Shown in pieces: positions 7,586-16,365 of a DNA stretch of 38,456 nt. The stretch's first letter is position 1. Each line of letters begins with the position of its first letter. Origin of the DNA: a virus (taxonomy: Duplodnaviria; Caudoviricetes); the IMG/VR virus record IMGVR_UViG_3300025674_000129, positions 1 to 38,456 of that record; one strand, written 5' to 3'. A program made the translations under genes and the position numbers. The notes under the pieces are model-generated. The model saw nothing but the letters and a program-made list of their open reading frames with translations, was not told the DNA's origin and did not search any database.

Positions 7586-10022
7586 CAAGCGCATCCTGCA
7601 CAAAATCAAGGCCAAGCTTGAATCCTTCTAGCTGCTGCTCACTTTCGTCTTGCGACAGCTTGACCGCGATTCGTTTGTCTTCGATATCTTTCTGTTGCTC
7701 TAGCCGCATGCGATCAAGCTCTGCCTTAACAGCAGCCTTCTGCTGATCAAGCTCAAGCCTACCCATATCAGCTTGCATCCTGCGCTGCGCCTCCATCTCC
7801 TTGATCTGCAACTCTTTTTGCTGCATCTGAAGGATAGGATCTTCTGCCTGTTGCTGCTGCTCCGCAGCTTGCGCCTCTTGCTGGTTCTTGCCTTTGAGTT
7901 GATCCGCTGCAAGTCCTGCAAGCCTAGAGATACGGTACTCAATATCCTCAGGCAGCGGCTCTTCTGGCCCCGGTAGCTCGAATCCAAGCTCTTTCTCGAT
8001 CTCCAACCTGTACTGGAACGCTAAATGTTCCTGTACGTGAGCAGCCATCTCTGCTGCTGCCGAATCTGCGTTGGGACTTTGCGACATAAGCTCCATGACC
8101 TTTGGATCTTCCAGCATAGCCTTGTGCGCCATGATGTGAGACTCGTGATCTTGGTAAACAAACGCCTTAACCGGCTTACCATTGATGATATTCATGTTCT
8201 CAGTGATCGGATCGACTGGAGTCATGTCATCATCGGTGGGAACAAGCTTGTCTGCGTCCCGAATGTTCAGGATTTCCAGCATTTGCCGGTGCAATTGCGG
8301 CATGTCGTACATCTGAGGCGCTTGTTGCGCCAATTGCAGCGCCGCTTGGTACTGCATAATGCGTTGAGCCATCGTTCCTGCGTTAGGATCACTAACTGGA
8401 ATGATATCTACCCTGTCATCGAAGTCAGAAGCCACCAATGGCTCCTTATCTTCGTCATATGGGTACGTTTCAGGCCCAAAATCGCGCACAACGTTTGATA
8501 AAAGGCGCAGTTCCGACCTCATAGAGGCGTGTAACCGCGCTTGAACGGCGCTCATGACCTTCATTGACCGCTCAAGTATGGCTAATGTGGTGCCAACCGG
8601 CGCTTCAGCGTTCATATCGGACGCTTTTACGTCAGCAGCGGACGCAAAACGCCGTCCTTCCTCCACAATGTCGCCCATAAGCTGGTACAAAACCGTGCTT
8701 GGCTCTTTGTAGGGCAAGAAACTGATGTTTTCGCCTATGCTTCCGCCGGGAACGTCCACATCGCGGAACTCTCCGGGCATAATTGGGGTGTCATCACCCT
8801 TGATTCGCAGCCCACGGGCCTTCAAACCACCCGGAAGGTTAGCCAAAGTGCCTGCATCGACCAGTTGTCGCAGCAAAGAGGTGGCAGATTTAGCCAATCC
8901 GCCAATCATGTGGAGCAAACCGAAGCCGTAGAAGCCCAATCCGGGCATATACTGGTAGTGAACGAAGTGCTGACGAGCCATCTTCTGCTCATCTGGCTCA
9001 TACCAGTTCCGTCGAATAGATAAAATGGTGCGAGAAGAGTAATCAATCGTCACGACATACGGGAGCATGATGCCAGTCTGCTCACCCTTCGCCGTATCTT
9101 CAAAACCGGGAAGGTCTAAATGAACATTCATCTCCAATAAGACATGACGATAGTCGAGATCGTAATTGGCAGAGTCGCCAGTAAGCTCGTTGTACTTCTT
9201 TTCGATGTCATCGTAGTCGGGAGAGGGTGCTGGTAATTCCACGTCTGAGTAAAATCCAGCGACCTGAAGCTTGCGTACCTCGTTTGCGCTACGGCGCATA
9301 ACGTGTGTAGCTCTCTCGCACGTCTGTAAGTCTGAAGCTCCATAGCTAACTACAAAGTCTTCTGCCGGTACAAACATGCTGCAAGGTCTGCCCATGTTTG
9401 GATCGTAATAAATCTTGCGGAACGCAGATCCTGCAAGCGGCAAAGAGAACAGAAGTCTTTCCGTCTCGGTGCGATACTCGCTCATCCGCTCAGTCAAAAG
9501 GTAGTTCAGATAATCCTGAACCCGTTCAGCTTGCTCCTGTTTCTCATCGCTTACCCTGCCAACCACAGCGGTCTTAGCTGGGCCAGCGGCAGGGAACAAC
9601 TCTTGGATAGACTGTGACTGAAAGCGAATAACGGCTTCCGTCAAAAGCGGATGGAACACTCCGCAAGCGCCATCCCAAGGGGTGGTGCGGTCTTCATGCT
9701 TGAGTCCTAAAAGATCCAAGCCTTCAATGTACGTGCGCTCCCAGTCTGAACGACTCTCCTTGTCGGACTTGTACTGCCCCACTAGGTCAGTAGCAATGCC
9801 TCGGAGATCACCATCGTCAATGTATTCGGCTAGGTTAGCGTCATGAGGGATCATTCCCGTCAACGAGTCCTGAGGATCAAAGTCGAATATCATCCCCCCG
9901 TCCTCTGTCTCAATAGACACAGATTCTGGGTTAACGATCTCAATCTCTAGATCAGGCTCACCGTCCTGACCCTGAGAAAATATGCTTTGCTCTGGAGTCG
10001 CCAGAGGGCGGTCGATTGCCAT
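7575..10022 (-). CDS. portal protein (P22-like podovirus type)
   Basis: 815 aa downstream of TerL; SR..WE..Y..GL, GLGFYGFGL and PGEFRDVD motifs; Q-rich coiled-coil C-terminus. Confidence 0.85.
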   Translation of the reverse strand: MAIDRPLATPEQSIFSQGQDGEPDLEIEIVNPESVSIETEDGGMIFDFDPQDSLTGMIPHDANLAEYIDDGDLRGIATDLVGQYKSDKESRSDWERTYIEGLDLLGLKHEDRTTPWDGACGVFHPLLTEAVIRFQSQSIQELFPAAGPAKTAVVGRVSDEKQEQAERVQDYLNYLLTERMSEYRTETERLLFSLPLAGSAFRKIYYDPNMGRPCSMFVPAEDFVVSYGASDLQTCERATHVMRRSANEVRKLQVAGFYSDVELPAPSPDYDDIEKKYNELTGDSANYDLDYRHVLLEMNVHLDLPGFEDTAKGEQTGIMLPYVVTIDYSSRTILSIRRNWYEPDEQKMARQHFVHYQYMPGLGFYGFGLLHMIGGLAKSATSLLRQLVDAGTLANLPGGLKARGLRIKGDDTPIMPGEFRDVDVPGGSIGENISFLPYKEPSTVLYQLMGDIVEEGRRFASAADVKASDMNAEAPVGTTLAILERSMKVMSAVQARLHASMRSELRLLSNVVRDFGPETYPYDEDKEPLVASDFDDRVDIIPVSDPNAGTMAQRIMQYQAALQLAQQAPQMYDMPQLHRQMLEILNIRDADKLVPTDDDMTPVDPITENMNIINGKPVKAFVYQDHESHIMAHKAMLEDPKVMELMSQSPNADSAAAEMAAHVQEHLAFQYRLEIEKELGFELPGPEEPLPEDIEYRISRLAGLAADQLKGKNQQEAQAAEQQQQAEDPILQMQQKELQIKEMEAQRRMQADMGRLELDQQKAAVKAELDRMRLEQQKDIEDKRIAVKLSQDESEQQLEGFKLGLDFVQDALDDK

Positions 10023-10298
10023 TTAGCCGTTCTTACCAAAGTCTCGGCTACGAGCATTGCCGTTACCACGCATAACAACGTTGCCGCCTTCTTTGTTCTT
10101 CATCATGGTAGGGCCGCCATTAGCCATCATCTTCGTACTCATTCGTACCTTACCGCCGCCAGCCATCTTGCCTTCGCCATCAGCAGCGTAGAAGGGAACC
10201 ATCTTTCCGCCTTTCTCGACCATAGGCAGCTTGCCGCCAGCTTTGTAGCCTTTGGTCTTCATCTTGCCGCCAGCCATATATCCTTTAGTCTTCTTCAT
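10023..10298 (-). CDS. small basic Gly/Lys/Met-rich protein
   Basis: likely start MKKTKGY at 10298; repeated (M/Y)xxGGK units. Confidence 0.6.
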   Translation of the reverse strand: MKKTKGYMAGGKMKTKGYKAGGKLPMVEKGGKMVPFYAADGEGKMAGGGKVRMSTKMMANGGPTMMKNKEGGNVVMRGNGNARSRDFGKNG

Positions 10299-10974
10299 GG
10301 TCTTCCTTTGAGTAAAGATTATCAAAAACCTGATTAACGTCTAACGTGTAATCCAAGTCCGACTTACTGTAGTGAATATGCTGCGATGGTCTAAAGTCTG
10401 GAGCGCCTTCTCCTGTCTCAAACCACGCTGGATGAGTCACTCTAACCCGATTATTCGGTAAAGCAACGATATTTCCAGTCCATTTCCCGGCATCCAAAAG
10501 CTCCATTACATGGCTTTGCTTATGCTGCGCTGGGTCATCAGCTATTTCGTTGTCCGTGTAATCCACGGTAAACATGTATTTTGCTGGGTACATCTCGCCG
10601 TCGATCTTAGCAAGCCACGGACACGGCGTACAACGATCTAAGACATACACCGAATGATCTCTCGAACTACAATCCCACGGCTGGGCAGCCCACGTCGGCA
10701 TGGGGTCAGGCCATTCCTCAAAAGGAGTGTCACCCACTAGCGCAGTCAAAGGCATACGTGCCCACATCGCGCCACCGTGAACGTTAGGCTCGTCGGTGTC
10801 GTATGTCTCTGCGCCCGTAAAAATCACCTGAAAGCTCAGGCTCCTGCATGGCATAGTCGTTACCGCTACTGCCATCGCGTGGAGAAACTCGCCGTGATAC
10901 TTGCGGTGGTTGTATGTGTACTCTCGCCGCACCCAGCATTTGAAGTATGGGATGTTGCTTTGGAGATATGCCAT
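10285..10974 (-). CDS. hypothetical phage protein
   Basis: likely start MAYLQSNIP at 10974 coupled to the upstream stop; W/H/C-rich with PNNR motif. Confidence 0.7.
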   Translation of the reverse strand: MAYLQSNIPYFKCWVRREYTYNHRKYHGEFLHAMAVAVTTMPCRSLSFQVIFTGAETYDTDEPNVHGGAMWARMPLTALVGDTPFEEWPDPMPTWAAQPWDCSSRDHSVYVLDRCTPCPWLAKIDGEMYPAKYMFTVDYTDNEIADDPAQHKQSHVMELLDAGKWTGNIVALPNNRVRVTHPAWFETGEGAPDFRPSQHIHYSKSDLDYTLDVNQVFDNLYSKEDHEED

Positions 10975-11690
10975 TACGCAGAGTCTCCGTAGAACCTTTC
11001 TTCCCATTTCTTGTGCCTACGGATAGGCTCCTTGAAGTAGGGCAGGAATCTAGCGATGTACAAAACAAATCGGTTAACCCATCTCAACGGCATAGGCAGT
11101 GGTCTCAGGTAATCCAGAAACAACACTATACGATATCCGTTGGTCATATTCACGGCAAAATGCTCGTATGTGTCATCAAACACTACGGCCTTGCCTTCTT
11201 CCCACCGATACTCTTGCTTATCGACCACAAGGACACATCCCTTCCCATCGGTTGGAACCTGTATCCCCATGTGAATTCTTAGAACGCCGCACCACGGCCC
11301 ATTGTGTGGCATCAGCATTTTGTTTGGCCCGATCACAGAGAAGTAGGCAGATACCAAGTTCTTATCTGAATCTAGGATTTTCATGGTCTCTGGGAACTCT
11401 TGGCAGTTCCTCTCGAATCGCACATTCCCCGCTTTGAGGAAAAACATCTTCCACTTGTCATCGTCTGAGATGAACGTCTGATCCGGGCTGATCTCTTGGA
11501 ACGGAGCAAACTCATTGAGCCGATCCTGCATCTGCTCGAACTCAGCCTTGATCACATCGTAGTTCTCTTCAAGAACGTTAGTGAAAGGAAAGTCTTTATT
11601 CTCGAAGAATACCTTGTCACCAAAGGTGGAGTACCTTCGGAAGAACGGCTTCAACACCGTATCTATCACGTACCCTTTGACTTCAATCAA
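10974..11690 (-). CDS. aspartyl/asparaginyl beta-hydroxylase family (2OG-Fe(II)) protein
   Basis: W..F.L...G, FS...P....PH.G, LR.H.G, W.EG....FDDTYEH...N....R.VLFLD motifs. Confidence 0.85.
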   Translation of the reverse strand: MIEVKGYVIDTVLKPFFRRYSTFGDKVFFENKDFPFTNVLEENYDVIKAEFEQMQDRLNEFAPFQEISPDQTFISDDDKWKMFFLKAGNVRFERNCQEFPETMKILDSDKNLVSAYFSVIGPNKMLMPHNGPWCGVLRIHMGIQVPTDGKGCVLVVDKQEYRWEEGKAVVFDDTYEHFAVNMTNGYRIVLFLDYLRPLPMPLRWVNRFVLYIARFLPYFKEPIRRHKKWEERFYGDSA

Positions 11691-13192
11691 TAGTACGAGG
11701 CCCGTTTAGGGTAGTGAGGCTCATCTTCTTCATCGGAGTTTAGTCTCAAGAACCCGCCTTGGCGGAACCTAAGCAGTGCCTGTGTGGATGAGTCAACAAG
11801 GTCATCGTGCTCACCAGCCGGGAAAGCAGCGAACTCTTCGATCACTTCCTCGGCAAACCTCGTTCCGGGTGCCCATACAATGCCAGACGCAAACAGGTCT
11901 GAGACCGCATTCACACGACTGATCTTGTCGTTACCTCTGGACGGGGTGTACTCCGCAACCGGGATACCCATCGCTCGTAGCTCAAAGATCAGCGGGGTTC
12001 CCGCAGCTTTAGCTTCCACGATAGTGGCATCAGGTTGCCAGTCGTTATAGAACTCCATTGCCGCTTTCTTCAGTTCTGGAAACTCAAGACGCTCTTTGTG
12101 GGCATCCAGCAGTATGATATTCGGCTGGGTGATCCCATCACTGTCGGGTTTGTAGAAAACGCCCCACGTAGTGCAAGCAGAGAAGTCGGAACGTTGCGTC
12201 TTCAAGAACGCTGTATCCCACGACTGAATTATAAATTCACACGGCGGCGGACGATCATCGTCCCATCTTCGCCACCATTCTCTTTTGACCAGCGCCCCTT
12301 CCTCTGAGGTGGGGTCTTGCTGGTACTGGGCATTCCATTTGGGTGCCGGTAGTTCGTTCTGTAGGGAGGTTAGCTCCTCTAAAGACCAGAACTCAGGCCA
12401 CAGCGCCTTGCCAGATGGCATGATCGCTGGGAACTCAATCACCTCCCATTCATCGGTGCCTGCCCGTTGAACGGATGATTTGATGATCTGTCCCGTCAAA
12501 TCCCGCTTGTGCCATCGGGTCATAACCACAACAATGGCTCCTCCCGGCTGCAAACGCTGTCGAGGCCCAGAGGTATACCACTCGTATACTCGGTCAAACA
12601 CGCCGGGATCTGCACTCTGACCTTCTTGCTCAGAATGCGGGTCATCGATAATCAGCAAGTCGGCACCTTTACCAGTGACCGCACCACCAACACCAATAGC
12701 GAAGTATTCGCCGTTCTTACTGGTACTCCATCGACCAGCAGCCTTTGAGTCAGATCTCAAGCCTAAGTCGGGGAATACGCTCTTGTAGTCCTCTGCATCG
12801 ACAAGGTTACGAACCTTACGACCAAAACCTACAGACAACTCGGCGGTATGCGCCGTTTGGATAATCTTCTTTTCGGGGTACTTGCCAAGGAACCATGCTG
12901 GCAGGAGATACGAAGCAAACTCGGACTTCGTGTGTCTGGGCGGCATGTTAATGATTAGCCGCTTTAATTCCCCTCTAGCTACACGCTCGAAAGCATCAGC
13001 CATTATCTTGTGGTGCCGTCCCTCGATGAAGGCAGGCCAAACGTAGTTTACAAATCCCATGAACTCTTCACGGGCACGTTCTTTCTTCTCTGTCTCTTCT
13101 AAGGCTTCAAGAAGCTCTAGGATTTCTTTCTGCTCTTCTACCGGAAGATCAGTCACTCCTTTGAGCAAATCTTTGTCGATTCTTTTTGACAT
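11687..13192 (-). CDS. terL: terminase large subunit
   Basis: MPPRHTKS Walker A-like, LLIIDDP Walker B, SWDTA and HDDLVD nuclease motifs. Confidence 0.95.
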   Translation of the reverse strand: MSKRIDKDLLKGVTDLPVEEQKEILELLEALEETEKKERAREEFMGFVNYVWPAFIEGRHHKIMADAFERVARGELKRLIINMPPRHTKSEFASYLLPAWFLGKYPEKKIIQTAHTAELSVGFGRKVRNLVDAEDYKSVFPDLGLRSDSKAAGRWSTSKNGEYFAIGVGGAVTGKGADLLIIDDPHSEQEGQSADPGVFDRVYEWYTSGPRQRLQPGGAIVVVMTRWHKRDLTGQIIKSSVQRAGTDEWEVIEFPAIMPSGKALWPEFWSLEELTSLQNELPAPKWNAQYQQDPTSEEGALVKREWWRRWDDDRPPPCEFIIQSWDTAFLKTQRSDFSACTTWGVFYKPDSDGITQPNIILLDAHKERLEFPELKKAAMEFYNDWQPDATIVEAKAAGTPLIFELRAMGIPVAEYTPSRGNDKISRVNAVSDLFASGIVWAPGTRFAEEVIEEFAAFPAGEHDDLVDSSTQALLRFRQGGFLRLNSDEEDEPHYPKRASYY

Positions 13193-13201
13193 GTGAATCC
13201 A

Positions 13202-13316
13202 TAGAACGTTCTACAGATAGAACGTTCTTCTGTAGAACGTTAATCCTAAAACGATAACCTGAAGCCCCGTAGTACCCCGGAGGGGCGAATGAACGTTCAA
13301 CCTGTAGAACGTTCTA
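13202..13316. repeat. cluster 1 of TAGAACGTTCTA palindromic repeats (5 copies)
   Basis: copies at 13202, 13218, 13233, 13289 and 13305; 15-16 bp spacing within groups. Confidence 0.9.
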
Positions 13317-13330
13317 TGTCACCTTTGGTG

Positions 13331-13367
13331 ATTCTAGCAGACTGAAGACCTTGACAAAGAATGTCAA
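13331..13367 (-). promoter_or_regulatory. putative extended -10 promoter for terL/late operon with upstream inverted repeat
   Basis: minus strand TGcTAGAAT (13339-13331); inverted repeat TTGACA-aagaa-TGTCAA at 13351-13367. Confidence 0.5.
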
Positions 13368-13639
13368 CAAAAAAGTACGCCAATTTTTTTAGAAATTTTT
13401 TTTTGGCTCTGGGACTCCTAGCCTTTGTGCCACACAAAAAAGGGGTTCTTCGTTGTGCGTTATGCTATCTGTCAGAAAAAAGGGGTAATCGTTTGAGCGT
13501 TTCACTATGTATATATGGTGACGCACTCGCACGCATTAGGGGGGGTGGGGGTGTGCGTGATTTGCGCGATCCTCTCAAAAAAAGACCGCCTTACTCTAAC
13601 CGTTGTTATTCGTTGTGCGTCTTACGTTAACCGTTAGCT

Positions 13640-14089
13640 TTAGTGCAGCGGTTGGTCGTCTGCCGCTGATGCTAATCGTTTCTCGATCTCGGCTGCTATC
13701 TCGTCCGGTGATCGTTCTACCTTTTCGACTACCTGTTTGTCGGAGAATAGTGCGACAGTCCGACCCAGCAGTTGAGCCGCAGCCAGTTGAGCATTAGTTG
13801 GTTCGTCGCCTGTCGTTGGATCGATGCCATCCTCAACCCATCGCCGCAGCTTACCCACGACCAGTTCTCTGTCCGAGACCGCCTTTCGTTGAATCGCTCT
13901 CTCCTTTAGTGCAATAAGTGCATCCACCCTTGCGGAAACCTTGGGGTCTTTCATCAGCCGCGACCCCTCACTGTGAACCGTGGAGTCCTTGCCATTGCTG
14001 TTGAAAGCTTCCCGATAGGCATCCGCCTGACTGCTACCCCCAGCCACTAACTGAGCGAATCGTTCCTGTTTCGGTGTGAGCTTATCCAT
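13640..14089 (-). CDS. terS: terminase small subunit
   Basis: LTPKQERFAQ....G.SQADAYR.A HTH-type N-terminus; upstream of terL on the same strand. Confidence 0.8.
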   Translation of the reverse strand: MDKLTPKQERFAQLVAGGSSQADAYREAFNSNGKDSTVHSEGSRLMKDPKVSARVDALIALKERAIQRKAVSDRELVVGKLRRWVEDGIDPTTGDEPTNAQLAAAQLLGRTVALFSDKQVVEKVERSPDEIAAEIEKRLASAADDQPLH

Positions 14090-14249
14090 TGCGCCCTTTT
14101 TCCCGCCTATATAGATGCAGTCATTCTATCCGCCCCACGTCACCCCACCAGCCCATGACCTGCGACACAGGGCGACCGACCTATGACCAACAGGAATATA
14201 ACCCTAGCGCACATTTCATTGTTCGTTGGTCGTGATATGTGAGATCTTC

Positions 14250-14610
14250 TTGACATCGGCGACGGGGAGCCGGGGCGCAGCGCGCTCGAATCCCGCCACC
14301 TCCTCACGGTGAAGCTCGACCCCTACGGGGCAACGCTGCCGAGGTGACCCTCCCAGACTGGGCAAGTTCTGGTGCTAGATAGGACAACGTCGGCCCGTAC
14401 CGCAACGGGCAGCGCCGACAGACTCCAAGCCTAGCCGCGCCGCGCAGCGTGGAGCCTAAACTGATGGTGAAGCCTAGGGTTGAACGGCTAGTGAAGTGAG
14501 TCCCGAAACGGGCAGCACTGCTAGACCGGCCCGACAGCCTGACATCAGCCAACGAACTCCGAACCGCGCAGGATTTATCAGAGCGCACTGGCAATTGGGC
14601 TAGTGCTTTC
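14250..14610 (+). ncRNA. candidate large structured non-coding RNA / early leader
   Basis: GC-rich, no credible ORF, many nested helices (see findings); strand inferred from the downstream operon and G-U pairs. Confidence 0.5.
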
Positions 14611-14637
14611 GAGTAAGTCACAACCGGAGACCGTGCT

Positions 14638-14694
14638 ATGGAAACTCAAGATCACAATGATTTCGAGGACTTCATGCGAGAGCAAAACCTTTAA
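14638..14694 (+). CDS. 18-aa acidic peptide (not in the ORF track)
   Basis: GGAG 8 nt upstream of ATG; METQDHNDFEDFMREQNL*. Confidence 0.4.
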   Translation: METQDHNDFEDFMREQNL

Positions 14695-14725
14695 CCCAAC
14701 CCCCCACGCAAATAGGAGAAAACCA

Positions 14726-14935
14726 ATGCGTAACACTTACAACCACACCCCGCTGGAGCAGGCCCGAATGGACGTGCTGCAAGCGATCTCAGACATGGCA
14801 GAAGAGGATGTGTACCACAACCACCATGCCGAGACCGAGGGCTTCAACGCCTCCAAGCGCAAGCACCTTGCGAAGATGTACTACAAGCTCGCGGATCAGT
14901 GGGATCTCGAACCCGCTGCCGTCTTGGAAATATAG
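14726..14935 (+). CDS. hypothetical early protein
   Basis: AGGAG RBS then MRNTYNHTPL, 69 aa. Confidence 0.65.
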   Translation: MRNTYNHTPLEQARMDVLQAISDMAEEDVYHNHHAETEGFNASKRKHLAKMYYKLADQWDLEPAAVLEI

Positions 14936-14995
14936 TCGAAACCGCCTCTGGCGGTCTGCATTGACTGGCCCCGATGCACTGATGATGACAGGCCA
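14935..14995 (+). ncRNA. hammerhead ribozyme, type II, with pseudoknot
   Basis: GUC-GAAA-CCGCC(UCU)GGCGG-UC^-UGCAU(loop)AUGCA-CUGAUGA-U-GAC; loop I UGGCC complements 3' GGCCA; predicted cleavage after C14956. Confidence 0.85.
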
Positions 14996-15020
14996 AACTT
15001 AAACTTTAGGAGAACGTGCG

Positions 15021-15959
15021 ATGCGCGATGTATATCAGGAAATCACCGACAGAATCGTGGCTCAGATGGAGTCTGGCGACAGCAATTGGATCAACCCGAT
15101 GGCAGGCTCTGGCCTTGGCGGAGGCTGGCCTACAAACGCCACCACCGGCAACCGATACAACGGTATCAACGTGATGCTGCTGATGGGCCTCACGGTATTC
15201 AATGGCAAAGAACATGTACCCGCCGCCAGCCAACAATGGGCGACATTCAAGCAATGGGAGTCCAAGGGCTGCCGAGTCGTGAGTGGCAAGCGCAGCGGCA
15301 ATATGATCGTCTTTTTCAAGAAGCTGGAAGTGAAGGATCGCAAAGACCCTACCGGCGAAACCAAAATACATATTCCATATCTCAAGGCATCCACTGTCTT
15401 TTCTGCCGAGCAGGTCGAGGGCGAGTATGCCGAGCAGTTCAAGGTCGAGCGCAAGCCGCTGACTGAGGTCGAGCAGATCGCAGCCGTCAACGACTGGGTG
15501 ACCAACTACGTCAATGGCACCGATCTGACAATCGACTACAACGAGACAGGCCGTGCGTTCTACCGCCCAATCACCGACTCGATCCACATGCCACCCGCCG
15601 ATGGATTCGAGGCTACCGCAACGTCAACCGCTACCGAGTGCTTCCACTCGACCCAGCTACACGAGTTGACTCACGCCACTGGTAACAAGGCGCGTCTGAA
15701 CCGACTCGACATCAAGAACAACGACGGCTACGCCTTCGAGGAGTTGGTGGCTGAACTGGGGGCCGCGTTCCAATGCCTGACGCTGGGAGTCAGCGCCGAG
15801 CCACGCGAGGATCACGCCAAGTACCTCAACAATTGGATCGCCGCGCTGAAGAATGACAAGCGTCTGATCTACAAGGCCGCCAAGCTTGCACAGCAGGCTG
15901 TCGATCACATCGCGGAGCACCAACCCTCCGCAGAACAATCAACTGAAGAGGCCGCGTAA
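15021..15959 (+). CDS. ardC: ArdC-family antirestriction / ssDNA-binding protein with zincin-like domain
   Basis: YQEITD.I, Y.GIN...L, W.TF.QW, AFY.P..D.I..P, HELTH.TG, YAFEELVAELGAAF, HA.YL..W motifs. Confidence 0.9.
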   Translation: MRDVYQEITDRIVAQMESGDSNWINPMAGSGLGGGWPTNATTGNRYNGINVMLLMGLTVFNGKEHVPAASQQWATFKQWESKGCRVVSGKRSGNMIVFFKKLEVKDRKDPTGETKIHIPYLKASTVFSAEQVEGEYAEQFKVERKPLTEVEQIAAVNDWVTNYVNGTDLTIDYNETGRAFYRPITDSIHMPPADGFEATATSTATECFHSTQLHELTHATGNKARLNRLDIKNNDGYAFEELVAELGAAFQCLTLGVSAEPREDHAKYLNNWIAALKNDKRLIYKAAKLAQQAVDHIAEHQPSAEQSTEEAA

Positions 15960-15981
15960 GCGGCCCGAGGGCATCGAAATG
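15947..15981 (+). repeat. 35-bp gene-junction repeat, copy 1
   Basis: AGAGGCCGCGTAAGCGGCCCGAGGGCATCGAAATG; 30/35 identical to 16353-16387. Confidence 0.8.
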
Positions 15982-16365
15982 AAAGTACATGTATTCCAAT
16001 TCAACCTGACAGACATGGAACGAGTCGAGCTAGAGCACCTTGGCTGGGAAGCCACGGATCGCATCAGCCAGTGGGGTGAAAAGCGCCTGCTTCAGATCGC
16101 TGGCGACGAGGCAGTGGCAGAGTTCGCCGCCGCGAACATCGACGAGTACGAGTTGGTCGTAACCGTCGAAATGCCAGACACCGACGAATGGACTGCGCTG
16201 GAGTTGGCCTACGGTGAGATGAATCACTGGGCTAACCCAGACAACATCACCCGTCACCGGATGTGCGCCAGCATGTCTGTCGGTGACATCTGCGAGATCA
16301 ACGGGCAACTGTTTGTCTGCGCCACGTTTGGATTCGATAAGTTAAATCTAGGAGAGGCCGCATAA
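15979..16365 (+). CDS. YodL-like domain protein
   Basis: start MKVHVFQ after an RBS; C-terminal SMSVGDI.....F.C..FGF resembles the YodL signature. Confidence 0.55.
   Translation: MKVHVFQFNLTDMERVELEHLGWEATDRISQWGEKRLLQIAGDEAVAEFAAANIDEYELVVTVEMPDTDEWTALELAYGEMNHWANPDNITRHRMCASMSVGDICEINGQLFVCATFGFDKLNLGEAA

Noticed and set aside
13202-13316. GAAC/GTTC repeats as LexA (SOS) boxes or a CRISPR array
   Set aside because: Spacing fits neither GAAC-N4-GTTC nor GTTC-N7-GTTC; units and gaps are far too short for CRISPR and there is no cas operon
13361-13797. Plus-strand ORFs 13361-13630 and 13603-13797
   Set aside because: They cross homopolymer tracts or lie antisense to terS, with no RBS or protein-like composition
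14250-14280. TTGACA at 14250 as the early promoter -35 box
   Set aside because: No -10-like hexamer 16-18 nt downstream; the early promoter could not be placed with confidence
14264-14306. tRNA/tmRNA-like 3' end (TCGAATCCCGCCACCTCC)
   Set aside because: No matching T-stem 5' strand, acceptor stem or CCA; no tag frame ending in Ala-Ala found
14461-14512. Possible third hammerhead (CTGATGG...CGAAAC)
   Set aside because: The core reads CUGAUGG instead of CUGANGA, and no stem III with an NUH site follows the GAAA
14304-14621. 105-aa minus-strand ORF over the structured region
   Set aside because: TTG start without RBS and R/S/A-rich composition typical of GC-rich non-coding DNA; opposite to the early operon
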